Source: an uncultured Poribacteria bacterium
Lineage (GTDB): Bacteria > Poribacteria > WGA-4E > WGA-3G
Assembly (NCBI GenBank): GCA_958296135.2
Contig: CATQHZ020000001.1
Coordinates: forward strand, 4,947,779 to 5,011,778
DNA length: 64,000 nucleotides
Direction of reading: 5' to 3'
The notes below the pieces were generated by a model. The model was not told the DNA's origin and did no database searches. It saw only the letters and a program-made list of their open reading frames with translations. This document shows, one piece after another, positions 1-9,096 of the stretch. The translations under genes were made by a program, and so were the position numbers. Positions within the stretch are counted from its first letter, which is position 1; each line of letters begins with the position of its first letter.

Positions 1-1796
1 AAGGGAGCGAGGACTGTCAGCGTCGCTGTCTCTGTGCCGTTGCTCGTGATGTTTACCGGCACCTCCGTGTCGTTGTGCATGAGCCCGAAGGTGCTCTGGA
101 CGAAGTCAATGCCGCTGGTGCTTTCCTGGAGGTTCACCTGCACCTGCGTGAGGGACGACACCGTCTCGTTTGAGTCCGGAACGGTGGAGACAAGCGTCGG
201 AATCTGTGTATCGTAGATAAATTGGAAACTTTCAGTCTCCGTGTTACCGAGTCTATCTGCAACGGTGACATCAAGCGTGTAGATTCCATCTTGGCTTCCG
301 TCTCTGCTGACAAGCGGCTGGGCTAACAAGAGAGCGACGCGGTTGTTATCCCGGTCTGGAATGATTTGGGGCTCGGGAGCAGGGGTTCCTCCTACTGGAT
401 GAAAAGTGATAGTTGCGCCTGTTTCCACATCTACCCCTGTCCCTGCACTTCCATCAGGATTGGCATCGCTAAACGTGGCGGCGATTTGGTAAAGGGGTGC
501 CGAGTGATAGAGCCTCTTCTGAATTCCGCTAAACGCCTCTCCCTCTTCACTTGCGCTTAAGGTGACAAGCTGCGGGGCGCGGTTGTCGTAGATGAAAGGC
601 ACCTGCGTCTCTGTCCGATTGCCGGCTTTGTCAACGGCATCGATGACTATCGTGTATTCGCCATCCTGTTCACCGTTCGTTGGAACTAACGGCGTGAGGA
701 ACTCCAAGCGGATTTTGTCTTCCGAAGGAGACACTTGCTGTCCCAAGACGGGCCTTTCGTCCGGCGCAGTCAAACGGATAGTTGAGGAACCGCGGCTGAG
801 TCCATCCTCAAGGTTATCAGCAAGCGTTGCCTCAACGAATGTCACCTCCCCGTTTACGCCTCGGCTCGGCGGAATGTCCCCTTGACTAGTGGCTACGCTG
901 ATTAACGTGGGCGCGGCGGTATCGTAGGTGAAAGTTGTCGTGCCTTCGGCGGGGTTTCCCGCTTGATCAACGATGGTATAAGATAAGGTGTAGGTGCCGT
1001 TTTCGCCCAGTGTATCCAGCTGATTTCCTAAGGTCAGCGTGAGGGCTGTGCCTGTAAGCGTCGTCGCGCCGCTCAGCACCGTGCCATCTTCGGCAGTAAG
1101 ACTGATTGCTGTCTGATTATCGGTGAAATCAATCTCGGTTCCGGATCCTTTGTCGGCTGTCACGGTGATGGAGCTGAGGGTTGCGGCGATGTAGCCGCCA
1201 TCGACGAGGGTAACGTTTCCATTTCCCTGCACGCGCGTAATGTTGGGTGGCTCCCGATCGATGATGATTGCAGCAGTTGCGCCCACCAGGTACTTGTTTG
1301 AATGCTCTGGCCCAACGGGGTTGAGAGCATTCCCCTGTTCCTCCATAGGCACGTGGGCAATGGTGAAACGAAGCTGCAACGTATAGGAACCGTCGGGTAG
1401 TTCTCTCCCGTTGCCATCTTCACCATCCCAACGGTAGATATAACTCCCGCTGCTAGTTCGGAGGTTAGAATTGGGAACTTGAAACTCGGTGCCGTTTCGG
1501 AGGAATACGAGCTCCGTTTCGTGGACATCTTCGGAGATGCTATAGGAAACGTTGATGGTATCTTGGACACCGTCGTTGTTGGGCGAAAATTGGTGTGCAT
1601 CAACACTGATGGAGGCCCGAACATCCCAGGCTTCTCCAAAAGCGTCATGCGGTTGAGTTTGCCCCACATGTGCTTCTGACGGAACAGCAAGCATGATAAA
1701 AAAGGTTAGACAGATGACTCCCTGAATTAGGGCTGTTAATAGCACGTGGTAGTTTTTCATGGATGTATTATTGTTTCTTGGCACTGGTTTCTCCAT
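1..1796 (-). CDS. Large secreted/surface protein with FlgD-like Ig domain and repeated bacterial Ig-like domains (3' end outside window)
   Basis: Open minus-strand frame from ATG 1796 (or 1760) to the window edge, absent from the ORF track because it has no stop. Hydrophobic N-terminus, 'FSPNNDGVQD', 'YRWDGEDGNGRELPDGSYTL', repeated 'GxYTxxxxxxDxAGN...FxYD' units. Confidence 0.8.
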   Translation of the reverse strand, partial: MEKPVPRNNNTSMKNYHVLLTALIQGVICLTFFIMLAVPSEAHVGQTQPHDAFGEAWDVRASISVDAHQFSPNNDGVQDTINVSYSISEDVHETELVFLRNGTEFQVPNSNLRTSSGSYIYRWDGEDGNGRELPDGSYTLQLRFTIAHVPMEEQGNALNPVGPEHSNKYLVGATAAIIIDREPPNITRVQGNGNVTLVDGGYIAATLSSITVTADKGSGTEIDFTDNQTAISLTAEDGTVLSGATTLTGTALTLTLGNQLDTLGENGTYTLSYTIVDQAGNPAEGTTTFTYDTAAPTLISVATSQGDIPPSRGVNGEVTFVEATLADNLEDGLSRGSSTIRLTAPDERPVLGQQVSPSEDKIRLEFLTPLVPTNGEQDGEYTIVIDAVDKAGNRTETQVPFIYDNRAPQLVTLSASEEGEAFSGIQKRLYHSAPLYQIAATFSDANPDGSAGTGVDVETGATITFHPVGGTPAPEPQIIPDRDNNRVALLLAQPLVSRDGSQDGIYTLDVTVADRLGNTETESFQFIYDTQIPTLVSTVPDSNETVSSLTQVQVNLQESTSGIDFVQSTFGLMHNDTEVPVNITSNGTETATLTVLAP

Positions 1797-2254
1797 GGCA
1801 TTCTGTTCATTGAAACATGGGGAGCCGAATTGTCCCCTGGAGACTGCGAGGGACAGACCCCCGCGCTACGGTATGAAAACGGGTTTAAAAATGGGACGAA
1901 ATTCGCCCCCGAATTCGCGGTTTAACAGATTAGACGCAGAACTCTGAAAAAGGTTGAAAAAAAGTATCAATTCTCTATCGGGCTGCTCAAACTTTTTTCA
2001 CGATGCGTGCATAACCTTTTAAAATGTTGCCGGAGCGGTGTGACGCTCGGGTCTTCGCAAGGTCAGGAGGTTATGCACATTTTATTGTGCGCGTTGGTTA
2101 GGCACGCGGTTGGTAAACGTTATCTCTATCTCTCTGTCGGCGCGAGGGGTTCGCGCGGGGTTGCGTCAAAACGTTTGTTTTCACAGATTGGTGTTTATGC
2201 GCGGGAGAGGGTTTCTCTCTCCCACGCGCGAGGGTCAGAGCCGGGGTGGCGGCC

Positions 2255-3064
2255 CTATCTTTTGAGCCGGGCGATGGCCTCCTCCAAGTTCCGTATTCGA
2301 ATCTCTGTAGGGAATGGATCTGTAAGTGCCAGACCCAATTGTTTCTCCAATTTTGGCAGGATGATGTGTTTGACGATACCGTCTAACTCCACCCGGTGCC
2401 GGGCCCCGATATGGCCCAAGACATGAGGGGCAACATACACGCCCATGGCCTCATCGTCCTCTTCGTCCAGATAGGGGAGGAGGTAGGGGACAACGGGCGG
2501 GCCCATGGCGATGAGGGCTTCGCGGACAGGGGCAGTTCCTATCTTACCCCCACACTGATAAGCGACGAGGGTTTCGATGGACCGCGGGTCGCGGAGATAG
2601 GCGAGTTCGTTTAGCAAGTCGCCGATTTCTTCTGCATGGGCCTCGCTCTCAAGAGAGTCGACTATCGGTGTCAATTGTTGGACGAGCCCTGGGGTTCGGG
2701 GGTCTGCGTTGCCGCCCCAGGCGAAGGGGTTGTCGGCGATTTCGTCAAGTTGTGCCCAGGCTTTGGCAACCGGGTCTTCGGTGTCTGCCTCGGCGAGGTT
2801 TTCGGGTTTGCTTGCCTCGTGCGGGCTGCCGGTGCTGGGTTTCCAGTCAACGCTGGGTATCAGGTCACCGGTGTCGTTATCGTGTGCATCGTCGGGTTTC
2901 CAGTCACCGTCGGGTTTCCCGTGGCCGCCGGTTTCGGTGTCATCGGCGGGTGGTGGCACGGGGAGTGCTGCGTCGAATTGCTGCTGCCAGTCGGCGTAGA
3001 AGTAGAGGGCGAGGCAGAGCGCGAGCAGGAGGCAGATTGCGCTGATGAGGGTTTTGCCGTTCAT
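2255..3064 (-). CDS. Membrane-anchored hypothetical protein with HEAT-like helical C-terminus, paralog 1 of 3
   Basis: ATG 3064 with AGGAG RBS; N-terminal TM helix, Pro/Asp-rich linker, 'LRDPRSIETLV...ALIAMGPPVVPYLL' HEAT-like motifs. Confidence 0.8.
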   Translation of the reverse strand: MNGKTLISAICLLLALCLALYFYADWQQQFDAALPVPPPADDTETGGHGKPDGDWKPDDAHDNDTGDLIPSVDWKPSTGSPHEASKPENLAEADTEDPVAKAWAQLDEIADNPFAWGGNADPRTPGLVQQLTPIVDSLESEAHAEEIGDLLNELAYLRDPRSIETLVAYQCGGKIGTAPVREALIAMGPPVVPYLLPYLDEEDDEAMGVYVAPHVLGHIGARHRVELDGIVKHIILPKLEKQLGLALTDPFPTEIRIRNLEEAIARLKR

Positions 3065-3180
3065 GAGGGTTCTCCTTTGGAAACGTTTTTGTGTCAAAAC
3101 GTTTGTTTTGACGGATTGGTATTTATGCGTGGGAGAGGGTTTCTCTCCCGCGCGCGACGGTAACTGTCGGAGTTATGTCC

Positions 3181-3975
3181 CTATTGTTTGAGGGCGACGA
3201 TGGCCTCCTTCACGCGCCCCTGCTTATAAGAGCTTATAAATCCCTCTGCGAGCAGCTGCTCGAATCTTGGGAGGATAATGTGTTCGACGATACCGTCTAG
3301 GTCTGCCCGGTGCTGGGTCCCGATTGCGCTTAAGATCCTGGCGGCTTTCAGTACGCCCTTAGAACCTTTTTTCTCCTTAAGTGCCTCGTCCAGATAGGGG
3401 ACGAGGTGTGGGACCACGGGGGGGCCCAGGGCGATGAGGGTTTGGGTAGCAAGGCCGGAGCTCATGCCGCTGTCGCATTGATAGGCGACGAGTGCCTCAA
3501 TGGCGTTGGGATCTCGGAGTTTGGCGAGATCCGTCAGCACGAAGCTGAGGTCCATTGCGTGTGCTTCGCTCCTCATTCCCCTGGGTGGCGGCCATTCGAG
3601 TTGCGCGATGAGTTCGTCGGTTTGGGGGTGTGCGGTTCCTCCCCATGCGAATCGGTTCTCGGCGATTTCGTCGAGTTTTGCCCAGGCTTTAGCGATGGGG
3701 TCGTCTGGGTCGAGTTCGCCGAGGTTTTCGGGTCTGACGAGTTCTCGCGGTTCGATATGTTGTTGCCAGTCGTCGCTGGGTATCAGGTCACCGGTGTCGT
3801 TATCGTGTGCATCGTCGCCGGGTTTCCCGTGGCCGCCGGGTTGTTCGTCGGCGGCGGGGGGTGGCACGGGGAGTGCTGCGTCGAATCGCTGCTGCTGCCA
3901 GTCGGCGTAGAAGTAGAGGGCGAGGCAGAACGCGAGTAGGAGGCAGATTGCGCTGATGAGGGTTTTGCCGTTCAT
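3181..3975 (-). CDS. Membrane-anchored hypothetical HEAT-like protein, paralog 2 of 3 (divergent C-terminal part)
   Basis: Same start context and N-terminus as its neighbours (ATG 3975); C-terminal two thirds diverged but alignable. Confidence 0.8.
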   Translation of the reverse strand: MNGKTLISAICLLLAFCLALYFYADWQQQRFDAALPVPPPAADEQPGGHGKPGDDAHDNDTGDLIPSDDWQQHIEPRELVRPENLGELDPDDPIAKAWAKLDEIAENRFAWGGTAHPQTDELIAQLEWPPPRGMRSEAHAMDLSFVLTDLAKLRDPNAIEALVAYQCDSGMSSGLATQTLIALGPPVVPHLVPYLDEALKEKKGSKGVLKAARILSAIGTQHRADLDGIVEHIILPRFEQLLAEGFISSYKQGRVKEAIVALKQ

Positions 3976-4150
3976 GAGGGTTCTCCTTTGGAAACGTTTT
4001 TGTGTCAAAACGTTTGTTTTGACGGGTTTGTGTTTATGTGTGGGAGAGGGTTTCTCTCCCGCGCGCGACGGTAATGGTACCGCAGGCATCGAGACCGGGA
4101 GGGCTCTCCTACCGGGCCCGCGCGCGATGGTGAGGGCCGGGGTGGTGGCC

Positions 4151-4969
4151 CTATCTTTTGAGCCGGGCGATGGCCTCCTCCAAGTCCCGTATTCGAATCT
4201 CTGTAGGGAATGGATCTGTAAGTGCCAGCCCCAATTGTTTCTCCAATTTTGGCAGGATGATGTGTTTGACGATACCGTCTAACTCCACCCGGTGCTGGGC
4301 CCCGATATGGCCCAAGACATGAGAGGCAACATACACGCCCATGGCCTCATCGTCCTCTTCGTCTAGATAGGGGAGGAGGTAGGGGACAACGGGCGGCCCC
4401 ATGGCGATGAGGGCTTCGCGGACAGGGGCAGTTCCTATCTTACCCCCACACTGATAAGCGACGAGGGTTTCGATGGACCGCGGGTCGCGGAGATAGGCGA
4501 GTTCGTTTAGCAGTCCCAAGATTTCTTCTGCATGGGCCTCGCTCTCAAGATAGTCAACTATCGGTGTCAATTGTTGGACGAGCCCTGGGGTTCGGGGGTC
4601 TGCGGTGCCGCCCCAGGCGAAGGGATTTTCGGCGAGTTCGTCAAGTTTTGCCCAGGCTTTGGCAACCGGGTCCTCGGTGTCTGCCTCGGCGAGGTTTTCG
4701 GGTTTGCTTGCCTCGTGCGGGCTGCCGGTGCTGGGTTGCCAGTCGTCGCTGGGGATGAGTTCAGTTTCACCGGTGTCGTCATGTGCATCGTCGGCGGGTT
4801 TCCATTCGCCATCAGGTTTCCCGTGGCCGCCGGTTTCGGTGTCATCAGCGGGTGGTGGCACGGGGAGTGCTGCGTCGAATCGCTGCTGCTGCCAGTCGGC
4901 GTAGAAGTAGAGGGCGAGGCAGAGCGCGAGGAGGAGGCAGATTGCGCTGATGAGGGTTTTGCCGTTCAT
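4151..4969 (-). CDS. Membrane-anchored hypothetical HEAT-like protein, paralog 3 of 3
   Basis: Nearly identical to 2255..3064; RBS AGGAG upstream. Confidence 0.8.
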   Translation of the reverse strand: MNGKTLISAICLLLALCLALYFYADWQQQRFDAALPVPPPADDTETGGHGKPDGEWKPADDAHDDTGETELIPSDDWQPSTGSPHEASKPENLAEADTEDPVAKAWAKLDELAENPFAWGGTADPRTPGLVQQLTPIVDYLESEAHAEEILGLLNELAYLRDPRSIETLVAYQCGGKIGTAPVREALIAMGPPVVPYLLPYLDEEDDEAMGVYVASHVLGHIGAQHRVELDGIVKHIILPKLEKQLGLALTDPFPTEIRIRDLEEAIARLKR

Positions 4970-5007
4970 GAGGGTTCTCCTATTGGAAACGTTTTATAGC
5001 AATCAAG

Positions 5008-5116
5008 TCGAGACCAGGAGGTCTCTCCTACCGAAGGGAAGTCGAGACCGGGAGGTCTTTCCTACAAGCGAGGTCTCTCCTACAAGAGGGCATCGAGACC
5101 GGGAGGGCTCTCCTAC
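5008..5116 (-). repeat. Cluster of REP-like palindromes, family GTAGGAGAGACCTCCYGGTCTCGA
   Basis: About four full or partial copies of GTAG followed by a GAGACC..GGTCTC hairpin on the minus strand. Confidence 0.8.
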
Positions 5117-5119
5117 GGG

Positions 5120-5340
5120 ACTCCGCTTCATCTCGGTTGCCAGGAGATGAAGAGGTGTTGTTCGTTGAGCACTAACGTGATGCGCCGGTTGTCCTTTTCA
5201 AGGACGACCTGTTTGGGTGCAATCATAACCAAACGCCAGCCGTTTTGGGACACATCATCGAGCGTGACGAAGTGAATCTGTTGCGTGTCGACAGATTTCA
5301 AGACGGCTTGATAGTGATTGCGTTCGTCTTTGCGGTTTGA
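5120..5340 (-). pseudogene. Gene fragment, possibly a GspC/PilP-like beta domain
   Basis: Open frame 'HYQAVLKSVDTQQIHFVTLDDVSQNGWRLVMIAPKQVVLEKDNRRITLVL' with an in-frame TAA just upstream and no N-terminal start codon; runs into the REP cluster. Confidence 0.35.
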
Positions 5341-5758
5341 TTTCTCCTGGTGCGTGGGTTAGGTGCGCGGTTGGTAAACGTTATCTACGGGCCGCGTGAT
5401 CGATTTCGCGCGGGTGCTGTGAAAAATTGCAATCATGTTTAAATGATACCACATTTTTGCTCGTTTGCCAAGTCATCATTTCGCGCGACAGTCGCGCGAT
5501 TGTTTTTTATTTTCATTAAAACCGCGTGTTATGTCAAAAAATGCAAGGGCGTTTTTTTCATATAACGGGCGCAATTGAATAATAGCGTTGCCAACCTTGA
5601 TGATGCGCAATCGTTTATTTCTCATCGAAAACGGGCGGATATAGAAATCCGACCTTACTAACGTTTTCAGGTTTTCGCTGCGGTTTTGCGCGAGTGACGT
5701 AATAATTCTATCATTTTTGCGATTTTTGTCAAAAACGTGAAAAAAGTAAAGTTGAGGG

Positions 5759-5855
5759 AGCGCGAGGGACAGGTTTTCCCTCGCGCTACGGTTTAATGAG
5801 CCGGCCGGGAGCGCGCGGGGGACAGGTCTTCCCTCGCGCTACGGCTTAATGAGCC
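5759..5855 (-). repeat. Two tandem REP-like palindromes downstream of the oxidoreductase
   Basis: GCGCGAGGGACAGGTTTTCCCTCGCGCTACGG(T/C)TTAATGAGCC-like unit twice. Confidence 0.75.
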
Positions 5856-6863
5856 CTACCCAATCTCCCCATTCGCGACCATCGTCAATAAGGCAGAATC
5901 GTCCGTCGTGAGCGGTAAATGAATCTTCGCGCGCCGGCGGCTGGACTCATACGTCGCGAAGATGAGCTCTGTCGCTTGCAGTGCCTTGCGGCCGCTTAAC
6001 TCTGGCTCACGGCCCGTCTTGATGCAGTGGACAAGATCGAGGACGGAGAGCGTCGTCGCATCGCGTTCGGGAACCAAACCGCTGAGATTGGGCTGTTCCC
6101 AGTCGGCACCCTCGCGGAGGATGCGAATCGGCGCGCCACCGCCGCCGACATCAATGATACCCTTCGTGCCGATAAGCCGATTGGCAAAGCCGGATAAGCC
6201 GGTCCCGCCAGTAGCCAGTAACCCTTCCACGCCGTTTTTCCAGCGCAGCCACGATATGCCGCTTGTCTCTACCTGCGTTCCGAAAACGGTTCGTTCTTCG
6301 GCTACATCTATTTGACCGGTAACCCAGTCAATGGGTTCGTCATTATTGTAAAAAAAGAACATGTCAAACCAATGCGTTCCCCAGTCAAGCAAATTTGGGC
6401 AGGCGGCTTCAAGCCGCCGCAATTCGCCGATTGCGCCTTCATTCGCGAGCCGTTTCGCCTTGATGAACTGCGCGCCGAACCGGCGTTGATGGCAGAACGT
6501 GATGACGACATCGTTGTCAACGCACGCCTGATAAAGTGCCTTCGCCTCGCCCCAGGTCGGTGCCATCGGTTTCTCGCAGTGGATCGCCTTGATTCCGCTG
6601 TTGGCGGCAGCGATAACCATGTCCTTATGGAGGGCAATCCACGTGCAGACGCTGACGAAATCAAGCGATTCGTTGTCTAGCATTTCCTGATAGTTTTCGT
6701 AGGTATTCGGCACGTCAAACTGCTCGGCGAAAGCGTTGCGTGCGTCTTCAACCGGGTCAGAACACGCGACGATGTCGACATCTGGGGATGCCTCATAGCC
6801 GCGTGCGTGCGAGCGTCCGCGCCCGCCGCATCCGATGATACCTGCTTTGAAGGTGGTTTCCAT
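5856..6863 (-). CDS. Gfo/Idh/MocA family oxidoreductase
   Basis: 'GIIGCGGRG' Rossmann motif, 'CEKPMA', 'DWGTHWFD'; ATG 6863 with AAGGAG RBS (the ORF-track extension translates a REP). Confidence 0.92.
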   Translation of the reverse strand: METTFKAGIIGCGGRGRSHARGYEASPDVDIVACSDPVEDARNAFAEQFDVPNTYENYQEMLDNESLDFVSVCTWIALHKDMVIAAANSGIKAIHCEKPMAPTWGEAKALYQACVDNDVVITFCHQRRFGAQFIKAKRLANEGAIGELRRLEAACPNLLDWGTHWFDMFFFYNNDEPIDWVTGQIDVAEERTVFGTQVETSGISWLRWKNGVEGLLATGGTGLSGFANRLIGTKGIIDVGGGGAPIRILREGADWEQPNLSGLVPERDATTLSVLDLVHCIKTGREPELSGRKALQATELIFATYESSRRRAKIHLPLTTDDSALLTMVANGEIG

Positions 6864-7132
6864 GCACATTCTCCTTTTCGCCCCTGTAACCGTAGGCGAG
6901 GGACAGGCCCTCGCAGTGTGCTTTGATCGGGAGATTGCGAGAGACAGGTTTTCCCTCGCGCTACGACTTAAGGGAGCTGTATCACAAGTTAGGTTAAAAC
7001 GCAAGTAACGTTTTTCACGGCCCAGGACCCTTTAGTTTTCGATTTCTGTGGGATATTGCGAAAATCCACAATGCTCCCTCTCAGTAGGTAAGACTCGCTC
7101 GAACAACAGAATGAGAGAACAAAGACAGGCCG

Positions 7133-7266
7133 TTCTCCCCGGTAGGAGAGACCGCCCGCGTCTCGATGCACCCCTGCACCGTCCACACAAGGCGGGCGCG
7201 CCTCCCGCTCCCAGACACAGGCCGCGTTCTCCCCGGTAGGAGAGACCTCCCGCGTCTCGATGCACC
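7133..7266 (+). repeat. Two direct copies of a REP-like palindrome with flank
   Basis: 'gttctccccggtaggagagacc(g/t)cccgcgtctcgatgcacc' twice, about 95 bp apart. Confidence 0.75.
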
Positions 7267-8181
7267 TCACGCGCCAACATTGACAACCTTCAAGGAGAAG
7301 TGCGTCCATACCTCATCAAACCCCTTGTCGCCGAGATACGTGCCGCCGTATGCCGCGACGCGATACGCCTTGCCGGTCGCCGCGCTTAATTGCTCGGCTA
7401 TCTCAAACAACTCGCTTTCGTGCCGCGGACGTTCCGGGGCAGTGACGCGACATTTGAGAAAGTTCGGGGGCTGCGAGTGGCGTTCGTCATACGCGAGATG
7501 AGCGTAGTCCTTCAAAATCGTTTGCAGCATCTTCGGCGTTTCACTGCGTCTGCGGATGAGGGCTGCTACGGCTTTCTGGGAGGCTTCTGCCAGCACCTTT
7601 GGCGGCGTTGCTGCGGGTGTCCCGTTGCAGTGCCTGAAAGCAAATTCCTGCCACTCTTCCTCAGCATTGTCGCCGTTTGAATAAGTTGCGCCGTAGGATG
7701 CCACCTGATAGGGCTCCCGGGTCAGAGTGCTAAACCGGCGGGTTATCTCAAAGAGAGCCCGAGGATCCGCCGGGAAGTTCGATGCTAGCACACGACATCT
7801 TAAGAGCGTCGGCGGTTCCGAGCCGCCTTCATCGTATTCAAGGTAGTCGTCATCCGCCAAGAGAGTTTGGAGAGTTCTCGGTATATTGTCTCGTCGAACG
7901 AGTTGAACAATCTCCGCTGCTGCCTCCCGCAGATTTTCGTTTAACTCCTGCCGAGAGATGCCATTGAGTTCATCATCTTCAAGCGTCGCGATGAAGATGC
8001 CTTTGCTTAGATCCATGGGGAACCCGCTTTTTTGCGCAACGCCATCGCGGGCATACCGGACACGCCCGCCAAAAGTCGGGCCGTACTTCCGGATGTCAAG
8101 AAATTCCATCCGAAGAAACGCGATGGAATTCCTTTCTTTGACCTCTTTCAGGTCAACGAGACGCATTTCAAATCGGCTCAT
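7267..8181 (-). CDS. Hypothetical protein: N-terminal domain shared with 24161..24562 plus two tandem repeat domains; candidate partner/immunity protein of the upstream ART-like gene
   Basis: RBS AGGAG; repeats 'YDEGGSEPPTLLRCRV...LFEI...YQVASYGATY...EEWQEF' and 'YDERHSQPPNFLKCRV...LFEI...YRVAAYGGTY...EVWTHF'. Confidence 0.75.
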   Translation of the reverse strand: MSRFEMRLVDLKEVKERNSIAFLRMEFLDIRKYGPTFGGRVRYARDGVAQKSGFPMDLSKGIFIATLEDDELNGISRQELNENLREAAAEIVQLVRRDNIPRTLQTLLADDDYLEYDEGGSEPPTLLRCRVLASNFPADPRALFEITRRFSTLTREPYQVASYGATYSNGDNAEEEWQEFAFRHCNGTPAATPPKVLAEASQKAVAALIRRRSETPKMLQTILKDYAHLAYDERHSQPPNFLKCRVTAPERPRHESELFEIAEQLSAATGKAYRVAAYGGTYLGDKGFDEVWTHFSLKVVNVGA

Positions 8182-8201
8182 CGTTATTTCTCCTAGGATA
8201 G

Positions 8202-8807
8202 TTAGAAACCTGATTCAGCGAACACCTCAAAACGCCGCTCGACCCAGTCCGGAGGAACATGACTGCGGATAAGCATTTCTGCATCCCGTAGCGAATGCAC
8301 AAGTGTCTTGAACTGCAGTGTGAGATTGGGCTCGCAAGGTGCACCTGGTCCCGGTGGTTGAGGGTGCCGGCCCACCAGAAAATCCGACATCAATCCGGGG
8401 TTAGCAACCCCTAGCAAAAAATCGGGAAGCCCGTTGTGCTGGTAAAATGGAACGGCTCCTTGCGAATCGGCGTGGATCGGATGCTGTAAGGTCTGCACTA
8501 CTTCCTCAACAGGATCCCAGAATTGCAGGTCCCGGGACAAATCTTCTTCAATCCTTATTTCGTAAACGTAGGCTGGATTATCGGGGCTCGGATTCTCCTT
8601 ACCAAAAAACACGGCATAGGTCCACGCCACTGCATACGAACGAGTCAACGAAATGTAAGGGCTCTCTTCAGTCCCTATCGCGACATGCGTTATCAATGCC
8701 TCGGGTGTCAGACCTACTTCCGGCAAATGCGCCGCAAAACCCACCCGGCGGGAATCGTTTTTATGCCAATGTGTCCCAATCCCCGCGCCTTTATAGAATG
8801 TGGGCAT
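8202..8807 (-). CDS. Putative ADP-ribosyltransferase-fold protein (cholera/pertussis toxin-like R-S-E class)
   Basis: ATG 8807 with AAGGAGG RBS; ordered motifs 'TFYKG', 'SPYISLTRSYAVAWTYA', 'AYVYEI', 'RDAEMLI'. Confidence 0.6.
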   Translation of the reverse strand: MPTFYKGAGIGTHWHKNDSRRVGFAAHLPEVGLTPEALITHVAIGTEESPYISLTRSYAVAWTYAVFFGKENPSPDNPAYVYEIRIEEDLSRDLQFWDPVEEVVQTLQHPIHADSQGAVPFYQHNGLPDFLLGVANPGLMSDFLVGRHPQPPGPGAPCEPNLTLQFKTLVHSLRDAEMLIRSHVPPDWVERRFEVFAESGF

Positions 8808-8837
8808 AAACCCTCCTTGAGAAATCTTTTTTCGCGA

Positions 8838-8866
8838 TTGACACCGATGTCCAATTCTGATATAAT
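8838..8866 (+). promoter_or_regulatory. Consensus sigma70 promoter with extended -10
   Basis: TTGACA (8838-8843), 17-bp spacer ending TGA, TATAAT (8861-8866). Confidence 0.75.
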
Positions 8867-9096
8867 TTACCGCAAATTGAGTCAAAATGTCAAGTTTTTT
8901 TGCCGCTATTTTTTCGTATTGGCGCAAAGCGTTAGGCAGTTGCTTCTGGGGCAATGACCGGATATTACCAGGTCTGCATGCACCGTTGTTGCCTGCTGCG
9001 TTCTTGATGCTATTTCAACGAAGGAATCGCGGTTAGAAAATCGCTCCTGCCTGAACAGCTGGTAACTAGTACCAGACCTAAAGGAGGTAGAGAAAA

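Noticed and set aside
2095-8940. Integron attC sites suggested by GTTAGGY heptamers
   Set aside because: I could not find paired RYYYAAC...GTTRRRY boxes with attC-like stems around cassettes, and no integrase is present.
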